Source of the DNA: a virus
Virus record (IMG/VR): IMGVR_UViG_3300027969_000042
Location: 32,001-96,000 of that record
Length of the DNA: 64,000 nucleotides
Strand: one strand, 5' to 3'
In this document: one piece after another, positions 42,301 through 49,978 of the stretch
How positions within the stretch are numbered: position 1 is the stretch's first letter
Layout of the letters: the number at the start of each line of letters is the position of its first letter
Position numbers and translations under genes: made by a program
The notes under the pieces: model-generated
Databases searched by the model: none
Told to the model about the DNA's origin: nothing
What the model saw: only the letters and a program-made list of their open reading frames with translations

Positions 42301-42362
42301 AATCTGTTATCTATTGGATTTTTAATATTTACTTGAAAGTTATCGGTTATTTTAATTGCCAT
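39315..42362 (-). CDS. Large Gly/Thr-rich tail-associated protein
   Basis: 1015 aa; NFQVN..NPIDNRFVV N-terminus; beta-rich. Confidence 0.7.
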   Translation of the reverse strand: MAIKITDNFQVNIKNPIDNRFVVGSQSIPGGTGSIYPTPFYAYRDDISSNMGFVYPGLRIWDFNANLPYVWTGTTWSNENLTGASVFGSGSPTFTPSGGYRNYVTKFYDTGTVLTKSLLYDDYDHVSVVNLTTGLVTGGTNPNNSGGAGTPQLADSSASIKYGLHVEGRIRTNNGFVGNGSYIHNINAQNINGGPGSGGRLQLQWINTNTLGPANSSPTNTNPRYVLTTNGSNLTTSWQDILNVAPVYSPNSLGLGNSGAISLYSGTNTSSQLYEFFSLVSTGLSITDGNTGGGSVRLELNARSVGSTDGTPVYKGLIGANHEFRRIKSDTLKVSVDSSDNLVIESPEAGSSRALYVNVTYIPTYDDWKRAYDQQNLPGAIAGRFLSATGYYRGDGTQARPFTNSIKYNLGTPGVPGSLVGTIQNSAIQNGMDFYENEFGTTGGNRWYPSYAYETITIQGKTTYFYGGDFNYRFLRLKIECTNLISTTTGYLIDLDDTVKFAPGKLFTWQWSTWPTYDPVTNPTSDPNGPKAYIGAQVDISIDKDCQLEIRGSLIPGISGQPGYNYEGGASVSYKGGRGFRCSGSDISTTNYSGDYHQINLSGEGSILSLYKPIVPSSGPYGPSRQQNDNLFLFNLDENNNLVSTHPERPGGPSVIGYNNDGHIGINVTCNVTTRYQGIYMIGGKSKIEFTKGVGTGQLTDNLFGSTGYPAVPVGYLHDNDCYYAKGGLIRFFDAKISVSSGTRKSYFIVEPDLTKQFWDPLNADGTTIGGGYGRITGSTPIFIFRNCRLGGPSVNLFDKRTSGVAYVDMLNCTSLYFSAYNLVQTSTTGAPTILGGNGGENWSGTVDQRWGCQWNPAVGWSSSVQTGVANGGKFNGVFTFKNNVLQDIRYDPYFVDLTNSNGVSTINTIGSQVVNTLQRFDSVATAVSVNFQLQRGSQFIYVIYIPITSLINGKSYMIANAGTLGNTQWVTRGYNVTKLGIPAPYKMFNCTYSGTLGALSGGAQAYEIKIDFIP

Positions 42363-42391
42363 ACTCTATATATATTTTTTTTAATTCTCAT

Positions 42392-43918
42392 TTAAGGTAA
42401 ATGTATAAATTTATAATTTACTGCGGTTGGTATTGATGTCGGCATAGTCCACTTATAAACTTTATAAGTTTTTGATGTCCAAGCACCATTTGGATCCCAT
42501 CTGGTTTGTATTGTTGGAGTACCAAAGAATGTAGTAACATCATTTCCAACATCATCTATAACTTGTGCCAAATTTGGATAGTCACTATCAAACATAAAAT
42601 AAAAGTCACCTCCCCCACTAACACTTACTATCTTTTCTCCTAAGTATTCAATTTTCTTTGATAGATTGTTAAGTAATAGTGTTGATGTTATTGTACTTGA
42701 TACTATACCATAGAAATATGGATAAATTCCCTTAATAAAAGTACTAGCAGTTTCAGTTCTAGTACCATCACTAACAACCACTGAGAAAATAACTTCTGTT
42801 GAAGTTAAACTATTTGGTATTATACCTAAGGCAGTACCAGTTATTGTAGTATGAACTGGTGTAGTTATTGGTAATAAACTTCCAGGAATCATCTGTATTA
42901 GATTAATTGGTAATGTCGGATTTGTTCTTTTACGTATAGTATATGTTAAAATTGGATCTACTGGAACACCAACTTCTGAATAGTTTGAATCAATTGTAAT
43001 TGAACATAGTGGTCCTAAATAAGGATAAAGAATTCTTCTCAAAACATCTACAATTGGAACATTACTAAATGTAGTTCCCATTGGAATTCCTCCTAATGAT
43101 ATTGGCATATATCTTGAATCATCTAACTCTAAAGAATACCCATTCACATTTACTGGTGTTCCGAAAATTGATAAGCTTTGACTAGATGTTCCTATTGTAT
43201 TCATTGATGGTAATGTAAGTTGTTCCCAACTTAAATAACCACTTGAAGTTGTTCCTCTCCAAAATAATGTTGTACTATCACTTGCAGAAGTATTACTATA
43301 TGAAATACTAGGCCAAGGTAAAGCATTTATAGAAAATGTACCTGCAGCATAATCATATCCATTTGTGACATTTACTTGACCTACTTTTGTAACAAAATCT
43401 ATTGATAAAGATTCTGTTGCCCCAGATACTATCTCACTTTGTATAAATGGTGCAATTGAATATAATCCATTATTTTTACCAGATAATATAGAAACTCTTG
43501 TTATTGTATTATCTAGTGTATCTAACTTAGTATTATAAAGAAATATATCAACATTATTTGATAGTAATGTAGAGTTCATAATATCATGATATCCATTATA
43601 TGAAAATGTTCCAGAGTATGCTCTTTTACCAATAAATATTTTTCTTTTAATATCTCTATCTGTTGGATCAACTGCATCTAATCCTAAGTAACTTCTATTA
43701 TTATTATTAGTTGTTACATAAATTGATTGTGTTGATGTTTGTTTAAATGGAATACTTGAATGGATTGATAAAACTGCATCACGTAAATCTTTAGGATCAA
43801 TAAGCTTAGTATCATTATCTTTTAACAATAATAATATTTTATCAAAGTTATTTCTAATATGAAGTGGACTACTATTAGCCTCGGTTATTAGTCCTATATT
43901 TAAACTGAATGTTCCCAT
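42392..43918 (-). CDS. Structural protein, paralog of 43925..45583
   Basis: Shares DN..KLI.P.D.RDA.LS, DIK.KI..GKR and L...LYPY with its neighbour. Confidence 0.7.
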   Translation of the reverse strand: MGTFSLNIGLITEANSSPLHIRNNFDKILLLLKDNDTKLIDPKDLRDAVLSIHSSIPFKQTSTQSIYVTTNNNNRSYLGLDAVDPTDRDIKRKIFIGKRAYSGTFSYNGYHDIMNSTLLSNNVDIFLYNTKLDTLDNTITRVSILSGKNNGLYSIAPFIQSEIVSGATESLSIDFVTKVGQVNVTNGYDYAAGTFSINALPWPSISYSNTSASDSTTLFWRGTTSSGYLSWEQLTLPSMNTIGTSSQSLSIFGTPVNVNGYSLELDDSRYMPISLGGIPMGTTFSNVPIVDVLRRILYPYLGPLCSITIDSNYSEVGVPVDPILTYTIRKRTNPTLPINLIQMIPGSLLPITTPVHTTITGTALGIIPNSLTSTEVIFSVVVSDGTRTETASTFIKGIYPYFYGIVSSTITSTLLLNNLSKKIEYLGEKIVSVSGGGDFYFMFDSDYPNLAQVIDDVGNDVTTFFGTPTIQTRWDPNGAWTSKTYKVYKWTMPTSIPTAVNYKFIHLP

Positions 43919-43924
43919 TTCTTA

Positions 43925-45583
43925 TTAAAATATAAATTTAAAATTACCGTTTCCATTTACAAAACTAATAGGTGTTGTTGAATAAAGTCCTGGATAAGCA
44001 CATAGCCACTTACTTCTCCAAACTCTAAATGATCTAGGATAACCAGTTGTTGGGTGTGTTGAATCAATTGCAGCAGTTGCTAGATAACTTGTAAAAGAAG
44101 AATAAATAGGTTCAGTTCTTTCATGTATAATAAATCCATTCGGATCTTGAATTTGTTGTAAACCATAATATTGTAAAGGAAGAGAACCATTTTCCCAAAC
44201 AGAGTCTTTTACGTGAATAAAATATATATATCCAGAACCATTATAAGGTATAGAAAAAGACCCACCCGACCCTGGATAAGGCAAGATCAATTTATTAAAA
44301 GTTGATACTATACTATTAAAATTAGTACTATTTATAACTGATGATGTAAATCCATAATAGATAGGATAAACATATTGTATTGTAGCAGTTTTACTATATG
44401 AGAAAGAAGTAGTTAAACTAGAGTCAGATACATTTAAAGTCCAAGTCTTTATAGACCCTACTGATGTCGCAGGAACTGAACTATATGTTACTGCATTTAT
44501 TGTATGTGTTACAAATGAACCTGGTATTCCAGAGAAAGATAAACCCGTATAACTTGTATTAGGTATAATCTGATAATTAAATATCTTTTCATTCGTATTT
44601 CTTTGATATGTTGTAATTTTACTATTTATAACAACTGATGCAGTTGTTCCAACTTCGGCATATGTTGTACCAGTAACTGTATTTATTACACTTAACTCTA
44701 AAACAGGTGGTACATAAGGGTATAAAAGTTCTTTTAAAACCTCTGTTACTGGCCAGTTTTGATAAGTAGTTCCATTAAAAAAAGATGATGCTGGAAATGT
44801 TGATGCACTTGCAACACCACCAATTGTGATTGGTACATAATCGTCATCTATAAACTCAATTGGATATCCATTTACACTTACTGTACTACCATAGATATTT
44901 GTTGGATATCCTGGTGTTCCAATTGAATTAAGTGTTATGGTTGGATCTTCCCATTTAAGATATCCTGATGGATAAGTTCCACGGTATCTCAAAATTCTAC
45001 CATCAGATGCAGATCCAAATGTTTCTGCGACAGTTGGGAAAAGTACCTGATTTATAGCAACTCTTCCAGTTGTAGAAAGTATGTTTATTGCACCAGAAAG
45101 TGCAGGATTTATTATGTTTAAATCAATTGCAGTCTCACTAGCATCTACTTTAGATTCTATATAAGGTGCATATTGATATAAACCAGAATTAGTACCTGCT
45201 AAAATTCCTATTTTAGTTGAACTTTGTGTTACTGAATCTGGTTTAGTATTAAATAAGAATATATCCGTATCACTACCTAACAGGAATGAGTTCATTACAT
45301 CTAAATTACCATAACTTCTTTTACCTAAAAGTATTTTTTCTTTAATATCTCTATTACTAGGATTATTAGAATCAATACCAATATATTCAAAATTTGCTAA
45401 TGAATTAGGTGTTGTGATTTTAAATGGTGAATTTGCCCAAGTAGATAAAAAAGCATCTCTAACGTCTCTTGGAGATATTAACTTTTGTGTATTATCTTGA
45501 ATATCATTTAAAACACTGAAAATATTAGGCTTTCTAGTTGTTTCAGTTAATTGTCCGGAGTTTATGCTAAAAGTAGCTGGCAT
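43925..45583 (-). CDS. Structural protein, paralog of 42392..43918
   Basis: Shared motifs as above; TTATATATACAT upstream. Confidence 0.7.
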   Translation of the reverse strand: MPATFSINSGQLTETTRKPNIFSVLNDIQDNTQKLISPRDVRDAFLSTWANSPFKITTPNSLANFEYIGIDSNNPSNRDIKEKILLGKRSYGNLDVMNSFLLGSDTDIFLFNTKPDSVTQSSTKIGILAGTNSGLYQYAPYIESKVDASETAIDLNIINPALSGAINILSTTGRVAINQVLFPTVAETFGSASDGRILRYRGTYPSGYLKWEDPTITLNSIGTPGYPTNIYGSTVSVNGYPIEFIDDDYVPITIGGVASASTFPASSFFNGTTYQNWPVTEVLKELLYPYVPPVLELSVINTVTGTTYAEVGTTASVVINSKITTYQRNTNEKIFNYQIIPNTSYTGLSFSGIPGSFVTHTINAVTYSSVPATSVGSIKTWTLNVSDSSLTTSFSYSKTATIQYVYPIYYGFTSSVINSTNFNSIVSTFNKLILPYPGSGGSFSIPYNGSGYIYFIHVKDSVWENGSLPLQYYGLQQIQDPNGFIIHERTEPIYSSFTSYLATAAIDSTHPTTGYPRSFRVWRSKWLCAYPGLYSTTPISFVNGNGNFKFIF

Positions 45584-45635
45584 CTAATTAAATTCTTTTT
45601 ATGTATATATAAAAAAATTAGAACTACTTTATAAA

Positions 45636-45661
45636 AAAAGTCCAACTTTCGTTGGACTTTT
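45636..45661 (-). terminator. Intrinsic terminator
   Basis: AAAAGTCCAAC-tttc-GTTGGACTTTT. Confidence 0.8.
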
Positions 45662-45664
45662 GTT

Positions 45665-46066
45665 TTAATTAAATAAGAACTCTAATTTAATTAAATCTTT
45701 AACTTTTGCAGTTGTTAAACCTAAATCTTCAAAATCAATTTTTTGAAATGGAATCTCAGTTTCAATTTCCATTAGTTGAGTCATTTCTTTTGTAAACTCA
45801 TCAACATTTGTAATGTTTACTGTTCCTTCGATTGGATTACCATCTTGTCCTGTTGGAACTACCGGATTACCATCTTCTCCTTTTTCAACCCATTTGTCTA
45901 AGATTTTTTTCTCCATTTTTAACTTATCTTCAACGATTGAAGATAACTCTTTAATAATTCTTGTCAATCTAAATGCGATTGTAGCATTTATATCCAACTC
46001 AATTAAAGTGTTTAATGCACCAATTGTGTCATTAGTAAGTTGTTGATTTTTAATTATCATACTCAT
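45665..46066 (-). CDS. Hypothetical protein (DUF1617-like helical)
   Basis: 133-aa ORF; the family guess is from the overall pattern only. Confidence 0.6.
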   Translation of the reverse strand: MSMIIKNQQLTNDTIGALNTLIELDINATIAFRLTRIIKELSSIVEDKLKMEKKILDKWVEKGEDGNPVVPTGQDGNPIEGTVNITNVDEFTKEMTQLMEIETEIPFQKIDFEDLGLTTAKVKDLIKLEFLFN

Positions 46067-46092
46067 TTTTAAACTTTTTATTTTTTATATAA

Positions 46093-46806
46093 CTATATAT
46101 CTGTTTTGTTTACTTCCTGCAAACGTTTTTTAATAATTTCAAAATATTTTTCTTCCTTCTCAATTAAAATATATTTTCTATCTAATAATAATGCGGCGTG
46201 TCCAGTTGTACCAGTTCCTGCAAATGAATCTAATACAATATCACCTGGATTAGAATGTTTTCTTATTAAATCTTTCATTAGTTCCAATGGTTTCTGTGTC
46301 GGATGTTCATAACGTTCTTTTCCATGACAAATAGGATATCTATAAGTACCATTATCATATTCAGAATTGAACGTTGGTTTTTTATCTTTTATAAATGTAA
46401 AAAAGTATTCAGTCGCATTTGATAGATAGTTTAATTTTGAATTTATTGGCACTGGATTATTTTTAACCCAACAACCTACTCTTGGTTGTTTAAATTTAAC
46501 CAATTCTGCATTTTCTTTTAACTCATTTGCTTTCCAAATGTCATAGAAAATAATTAAAGTTCCACCTTTCTTTAAAATACGATAGTATTGTTTAAAAAGT
46601 TCTTCCCAATTTAACTCTGTTTTATCCCATTCACCAAAGTCAATTGAAATATTGTATTTGGAAACTAGTTCTTTTGGTGTATTTTCGGTAATACCTTTAA
46701 ACCCAGAATCACGAGAGATAATATAAGGTGGATCTATTAAAACCAAATCAATAGAATTACTTTCTATTTTTAATAATTCTTCATAACCATCACCATTTAT
46801 AATCAT
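46093..46806 (-). CDS. Beta-class N6-A/N4-C DNA methyltransferase
   Basis: IDPPY, HPTQKP, VLDSFAGTGTT. Confidence 0.92.
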   Translation of the reverse strand: MIINGDGYEELLKIESNSIDLVLIDPPYIISRDSGFKGITENTPKELVSKYNISIDFGEWDKTELNWEELFKQYYRILKKGGTLIIFYDIWKANELKENAELVKFKQPRVGCWVKNNPVPINSKLNYLSNATEYFFTFIKDKKPTFNSEYDNGTYRYPICHGKERYEHPTQKPLELMKDLIRKHSNPGDIVLDSFAGTGTTGHAALLLDRKYILIEKEEKYFEIIKKRLQEVNKTDI

Positions 46807-46856
46807 AAAAGTATATATTACTACGTCATGAGCCCCTGAAAAATAATATATAAACT

Positions 46857-47621
46857 ATGATAAATGAATTTTTTAGAAAACTATTTATAAGAAAAAGAAA
46901 GATAGATATTAAACTACTTCCATCACAGGGTTTATTTTATAAGAATGATCTTAAAATAACTGTTACCCCGGCAAGTAAAAATGATATTATTGACTATGAA
47001 AAAAACTATGTTAAAGATGATGTAGGTGTTGTAATATATTATATTAAAAAAATAGTTCAAAAAAATATTATAATCTCTAGTGGATATAAGTATGAAGATA
47101 TTAAAAGCATTGACGTTATATTCATATTTTTAGAAATTGTTAGTTTAACAAAAGGAAGACCAATCAATTTAATTTACTTTGATAAGAATAAAGATAAAGA
47201 AGAAAAAATAGAATTTGGATCTAAAAACTTTAACTATTTTCAATTAGGTGATCTAATAAAGTATTATGATTATGAAGAAAGATGTTTTGTAGTAAATGGT
47301 TATAAATATACACTACCATCAATTGGTGTTGAGAATTGTTTGACAAATTTTCTAATTATAAAATCTGCAGAAGAAAATTCAAGTGTTTATAATTCATACT
47401 TTTATGACTTTACACACTTTGTCGGCCATAAAAATCATCTAAAATACAAAGAGATTGAAAATTTATTACAAATATTTAATTTTGACATGGAATCAGAAGA
47501 AATAATAAAGGTGAAAAAAATAATAAATGCCTTTGCACCAATTCAAAGATACTCACTAATCAAAGATGGTAAAGTAGTTGAAATGACTTCTAAGATAAAT
47601 CTTGAAAAAATTTGGAGATAA
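46857..47621 (+). CDS. Baseplate hub-like protein (T4 gp26-like)
   Basis: LLPSQGLFY..ITV.P.., D..FIFL.I..LT pattern; TAATATATA upstream. Confidence 0.5.
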   Translation: MINEFFRKLFIRKRKIDIKLLPSQGLFYKNDLKITVTPASKNDIIDYEKNYVKDDVGVVIYYIKKIVQKNIIISSGYKYEDIKSIDVIFIFLEIVSLTKGRPINLIYFDKNKDKEEKIEFGSKNFNYFQLGDLIKYYDYEERCFVVNGYKYTLPSIGVENCLTNFLIIKSAEENSSVYNSYFYDFTHFVGHKNHLKYKEIENLLQIFNFDMESEEIIKVKKIINAFAPIQRYSLIKDGKVVEMTSKINLEKIWR

Positions 47622-47647
47622 AAAAACCCACCAATTGGTGGGTTTTT
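47622..47647. terminator. Bidirectional terminator
   Basis: AAAAACCCACCAATTGGTGGGTTTTT palindrome. Confidence 0.85.
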
Positions 47648-47649
47648 AA

Positions 47650-49098
47650 TTAAAGTTGAATAGCTTTAATTTCATTGAAAAGAGCTTTTTTATCCATCTC
47701 CATCATCTTCATTACATCGAAAACTTTATCAGAGAAACCAGCTAAAGCAAATACATTGTTTTCTGGAAACTGCATTGTACCAAGACCCGCTAAATCCCAA
47801 GAGTAAACATAAGGATTTGCATCATACGTTTTCTTGTATTGTTTGAACTCAGCAGTTGGACTTGTGTAACCAACCCATCCTTGCATATCTGAAAGGATAA
47901 CAACTCTATCATACTTTTTATTAGCAGTAGTAAAGATTGACTTGAAGTTTGTTCCACCTCCAGAGTATCTAAAACTATTTCTAATTGTCATAACAGAATC
48001 CATTGGGTTGTATGACTTGTAGTCCGATCTATTCGCGAATGTTAAAACATCTGCGTTGTTGGATTTTGCTAAAATAGCACCAAATAATGAAGCAATCTCA
48101 GAAGGTCTTCCACTCATTGATCCAGAAACGTCCATAACAACTAATGTATCACCATCAAACTTAGGAACATTACACATTGAAACCTCTAACGCTTGGTTTA
48201 TCGCAACTAAAACGTCTCTAACTCCTTTTGAAGATCCCATTTTACTGATTTCTTCGTAAGCAGTTGCAAATCTAAAAGGTAAAACTCTTGATTTACTAAT
48301 CATTCTTTCATCTACTAACAACTCACAAGCAGCAGGAACTACGTTAGGTGCTTGATTTAAGATGTTTCTTAGGTTTCTCAAAAGTGCAAAATAACCAATT
48401 TTTCTTGAAGTGATTAAATCAGTCCAAGCATCAGATTTTAATTGACTTAAATCTTCTTCATTCTCAGCTACTTGACCTGCTTGAGAAAGTTTAGCTTCCC
48501 AAGTTTCTGTGTTTTTCAAATCACCTTTAACAAGTAATTCTAAAGCAGTTTTGTTTCTATCAGTTGGAACTGGGTGTACAATGTTCACTAAGTCAACTAA
48601 TTTAAGGTCTTTGTTTTTACCAGAGTATTTTGCTAATTGATAAGCATCGAATTTATCGAAAGCTTTTGCAAATCCTTTTTTCAAAGAGTTTGGAAACTTT
48701 GGATTGTCTTTACTTGTTTTGTGTAATAAGTAGTATGACATAATCTCAGTCATATCATCAACACGAACTACAACTTTGTCATAGAAGTTTTTACCTAATT
48801 CACTACCTTTTAACTCTGATGCCAATTCACCAGCTAAAGCGTGAGTAATACTTCTCATACCAAATTTATCACGAGCATAAATTGCTGCTTTTGCTGAGAA
48901 CTCAGGATCTACTTTCTTAACCAAGTTTCTTAAATCTTTTAATGTATCATTACCAGACTTATAGAATTGATCATTTACGAATGAAGTCAATAACATAGAT
49001 ACTAAAGCTAATTCATTTGTTTGAGAATAAGCTTCACCACCTGCTAGGTTTATAGTTTTTGTTTTTGGCTCTTTTACGGTTGTGTTAAATTTTGACAT
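47650..49098 (-). CDS. rsr: Ro60/TROVE-domain RNA-binding protein with C-terminal vWA
   Basis: NLAGGEAY, AIYARDKFGMRS, QLAKY, DLVNIVHP, ALLRNLRNI, SRVLPFRF, MIDAS-like DVSGSM, GGGT, LSDMQ. Confidence 0.93.
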   Translation of the reverse strand: MSKFNTTVKEPKTKTINLAGGEAYSQTNELALVSMLLTSFVNDQFYKSGNDTLKDLRNLVKKVDPEFSAKAAIYARDKFGMRSITHALAGELASELKGSELGKNFYDKVVVRVDDMTEIMSYYLLHKTSKDNPKFPNSLKKGFAKAFDKFDAYQLAKYSGKNKDLKLVDLVNIVHPVPTDRNKTALELLVKGDLKNTETWEAKLSQAGQVAENEEDLSQLKSDAWTDLITSRKIGYFALLRNLRNILNQAPNVVPAACELLVDERMISKSRVLPFRFATAYEEISKMGSSKGVRDVLVAINQALEVSMCNVPKFDGDTLVVMDVSGSMSGRPSEIASLFGAILAKSNNADVLTFANRSDYKSYNPMDSVMTIRNSFRYSGGGTNFKSIFTTANKKYDRVVILSDMQGWVGYTSPTAEFKQYKKTYDANPYVYSWDLAGLGTMQFPENNVFALAGFSDKVFDVMKMMEMDKKALFNEIKAIQL

Positions 49099-49130
49099 AT
49101 TATTATTTTATTTTTATTTCGTTTTTTTGT

Positions 49131-49171
49131 AAAAAAAAAGACCAGAATTACATTTCTGTAAATCTGGTCTT
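49131..49171 (-). terminator. Intrinsic terminator between the ncRNAs and the Ro60 gene
   Basis: Minus strand: AAGACCAGA-loop-TCTGGTCT plus a T run, ending about 32 nt before the Ro60 ATG. Confidence 0.75.
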
Positions 49172-49182
49172 ATTATAATTTA

Positions 49183-49408
49183 GCAAACAAGAATATTAGC
49201 CTAAGCGACGCAAAGAATTCTACTTAACTTTGCCGATATTTAAAGTAACATCTCACTCATATTTTTAAAGGAAACTTATGAATTCCTGACTTTTCGACCA
49301 GAGGCAAGCGCTATTGCCCTTACATGGTAGCATAGAGTAGTCGTCTCTATACGTTCTTTCTGATAGTTGTATAATATACGAAGTATCTTAGAACTTTGCT
49401 ATGTTTGC
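49183..49408 (-). ncRNA. Y-RNA-like structured RNA 2 (~226 nt)
   Basis: Ends pair (GCAAACA/TGTTTGC 7 bp; CTAAG/CTTAG 5 bp); internal hairpins ATAGAG/CTCTAT, GGCAA/TTGCC, AGGAA/TTCCT, CAAAG/CTTTG; shares TAGCAAA-N6-AGATACTTCG with RNA 1. Confidence 0.6.
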
Positions 49409-49427
49409 GTTTTTTTATAAATAAAAC

Positions 49428-49492
49428 CAGAGTAAGTTATCTTAGAGAGTTTTTTTGAATCCATATCGAAGTATCTCTATGATTTGCTACTG
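49428..49492 (-). ncRNA. Y-RNA-like structured RNA 1 (~65 nt)
   Basis: Terminal CAG/CTG and TAGAGA/TCTCTA stems; same TAGCAAA-N6-AGATACTTCG motif. Confidence 0.55.
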
Positions 49493-49614
49493 ATTGTATT
49501 ATTGTATTATTAAATTAGAAAAAGTTTAATCTTTTTCTAATTTATTTTATGTATATAGTAACCTTGAAAATTTCGCTTTTTTCCAAGGTGGATTTTTTAT
49601 AGTGTTCTAGAATG

Positions 49615-49914
49615 TTATTTATCTTTCATAAAATCAACAATTCTACTTTTAATCCTATCCAAATCTACATAATTTCTTCCATTAGGATTTGTAAAATTTC
49701 TTTCTTCGTCTGTGTTCGGGTCAAAATTTCCTAAACTACTTACATAATAGTCTTTAATTAGGTCTATTACTTCATCCTTAGTATATTTTTGAGTTGGTTT
49801 TTCAGAGTCTACATGTATATGATAGTAATCACCACTCATATCACCAGTCTTTGTTTGGTAATCATCTGGTACTCCAGACCCTGGAAAATGTTCAAATAAT
49901 TTAATATTTTTCAT
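49615..49914 (-). CDS. Hypothetical protein with CTS-like N-terminus
   Basis: MKNIKLFEHF; TTATATATAG upstream. Confidence 0.7.
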   Translation of the reverse strand: MKNIKLFEHFPGSGVPDDYQTKTGDMSGDYYHIHVDSEKPTQKYTKDEVIDLIKDYYVSSLGNFDPNTDEERNFTNPNGRNYVDLDRIKSRIVDFMKDK

Positions 49915-49947
49915 AAATTTATATTTTTTTTATATACTATATATAAA

Positions 49948-49974
49948 AAAATCCTCTTAAAAAAAGAGGATTTT
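49948..49974 (-). terminator. Intrinsic terminator after nrdA
   Basis: AAAATCCTCTT-aaaaa-AAGAGGATTTT. Confidence 0.75.
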
Positions 49975-49978
49975 ATTT

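Noticed and set aside
49100-49615. tRNA gene in the Ro60 intergenic region
   Set aside because: No GTTCRA T-loop in a 5-bp arm and no cloverleaf on either strand; treated as Y-like RNAs instead.
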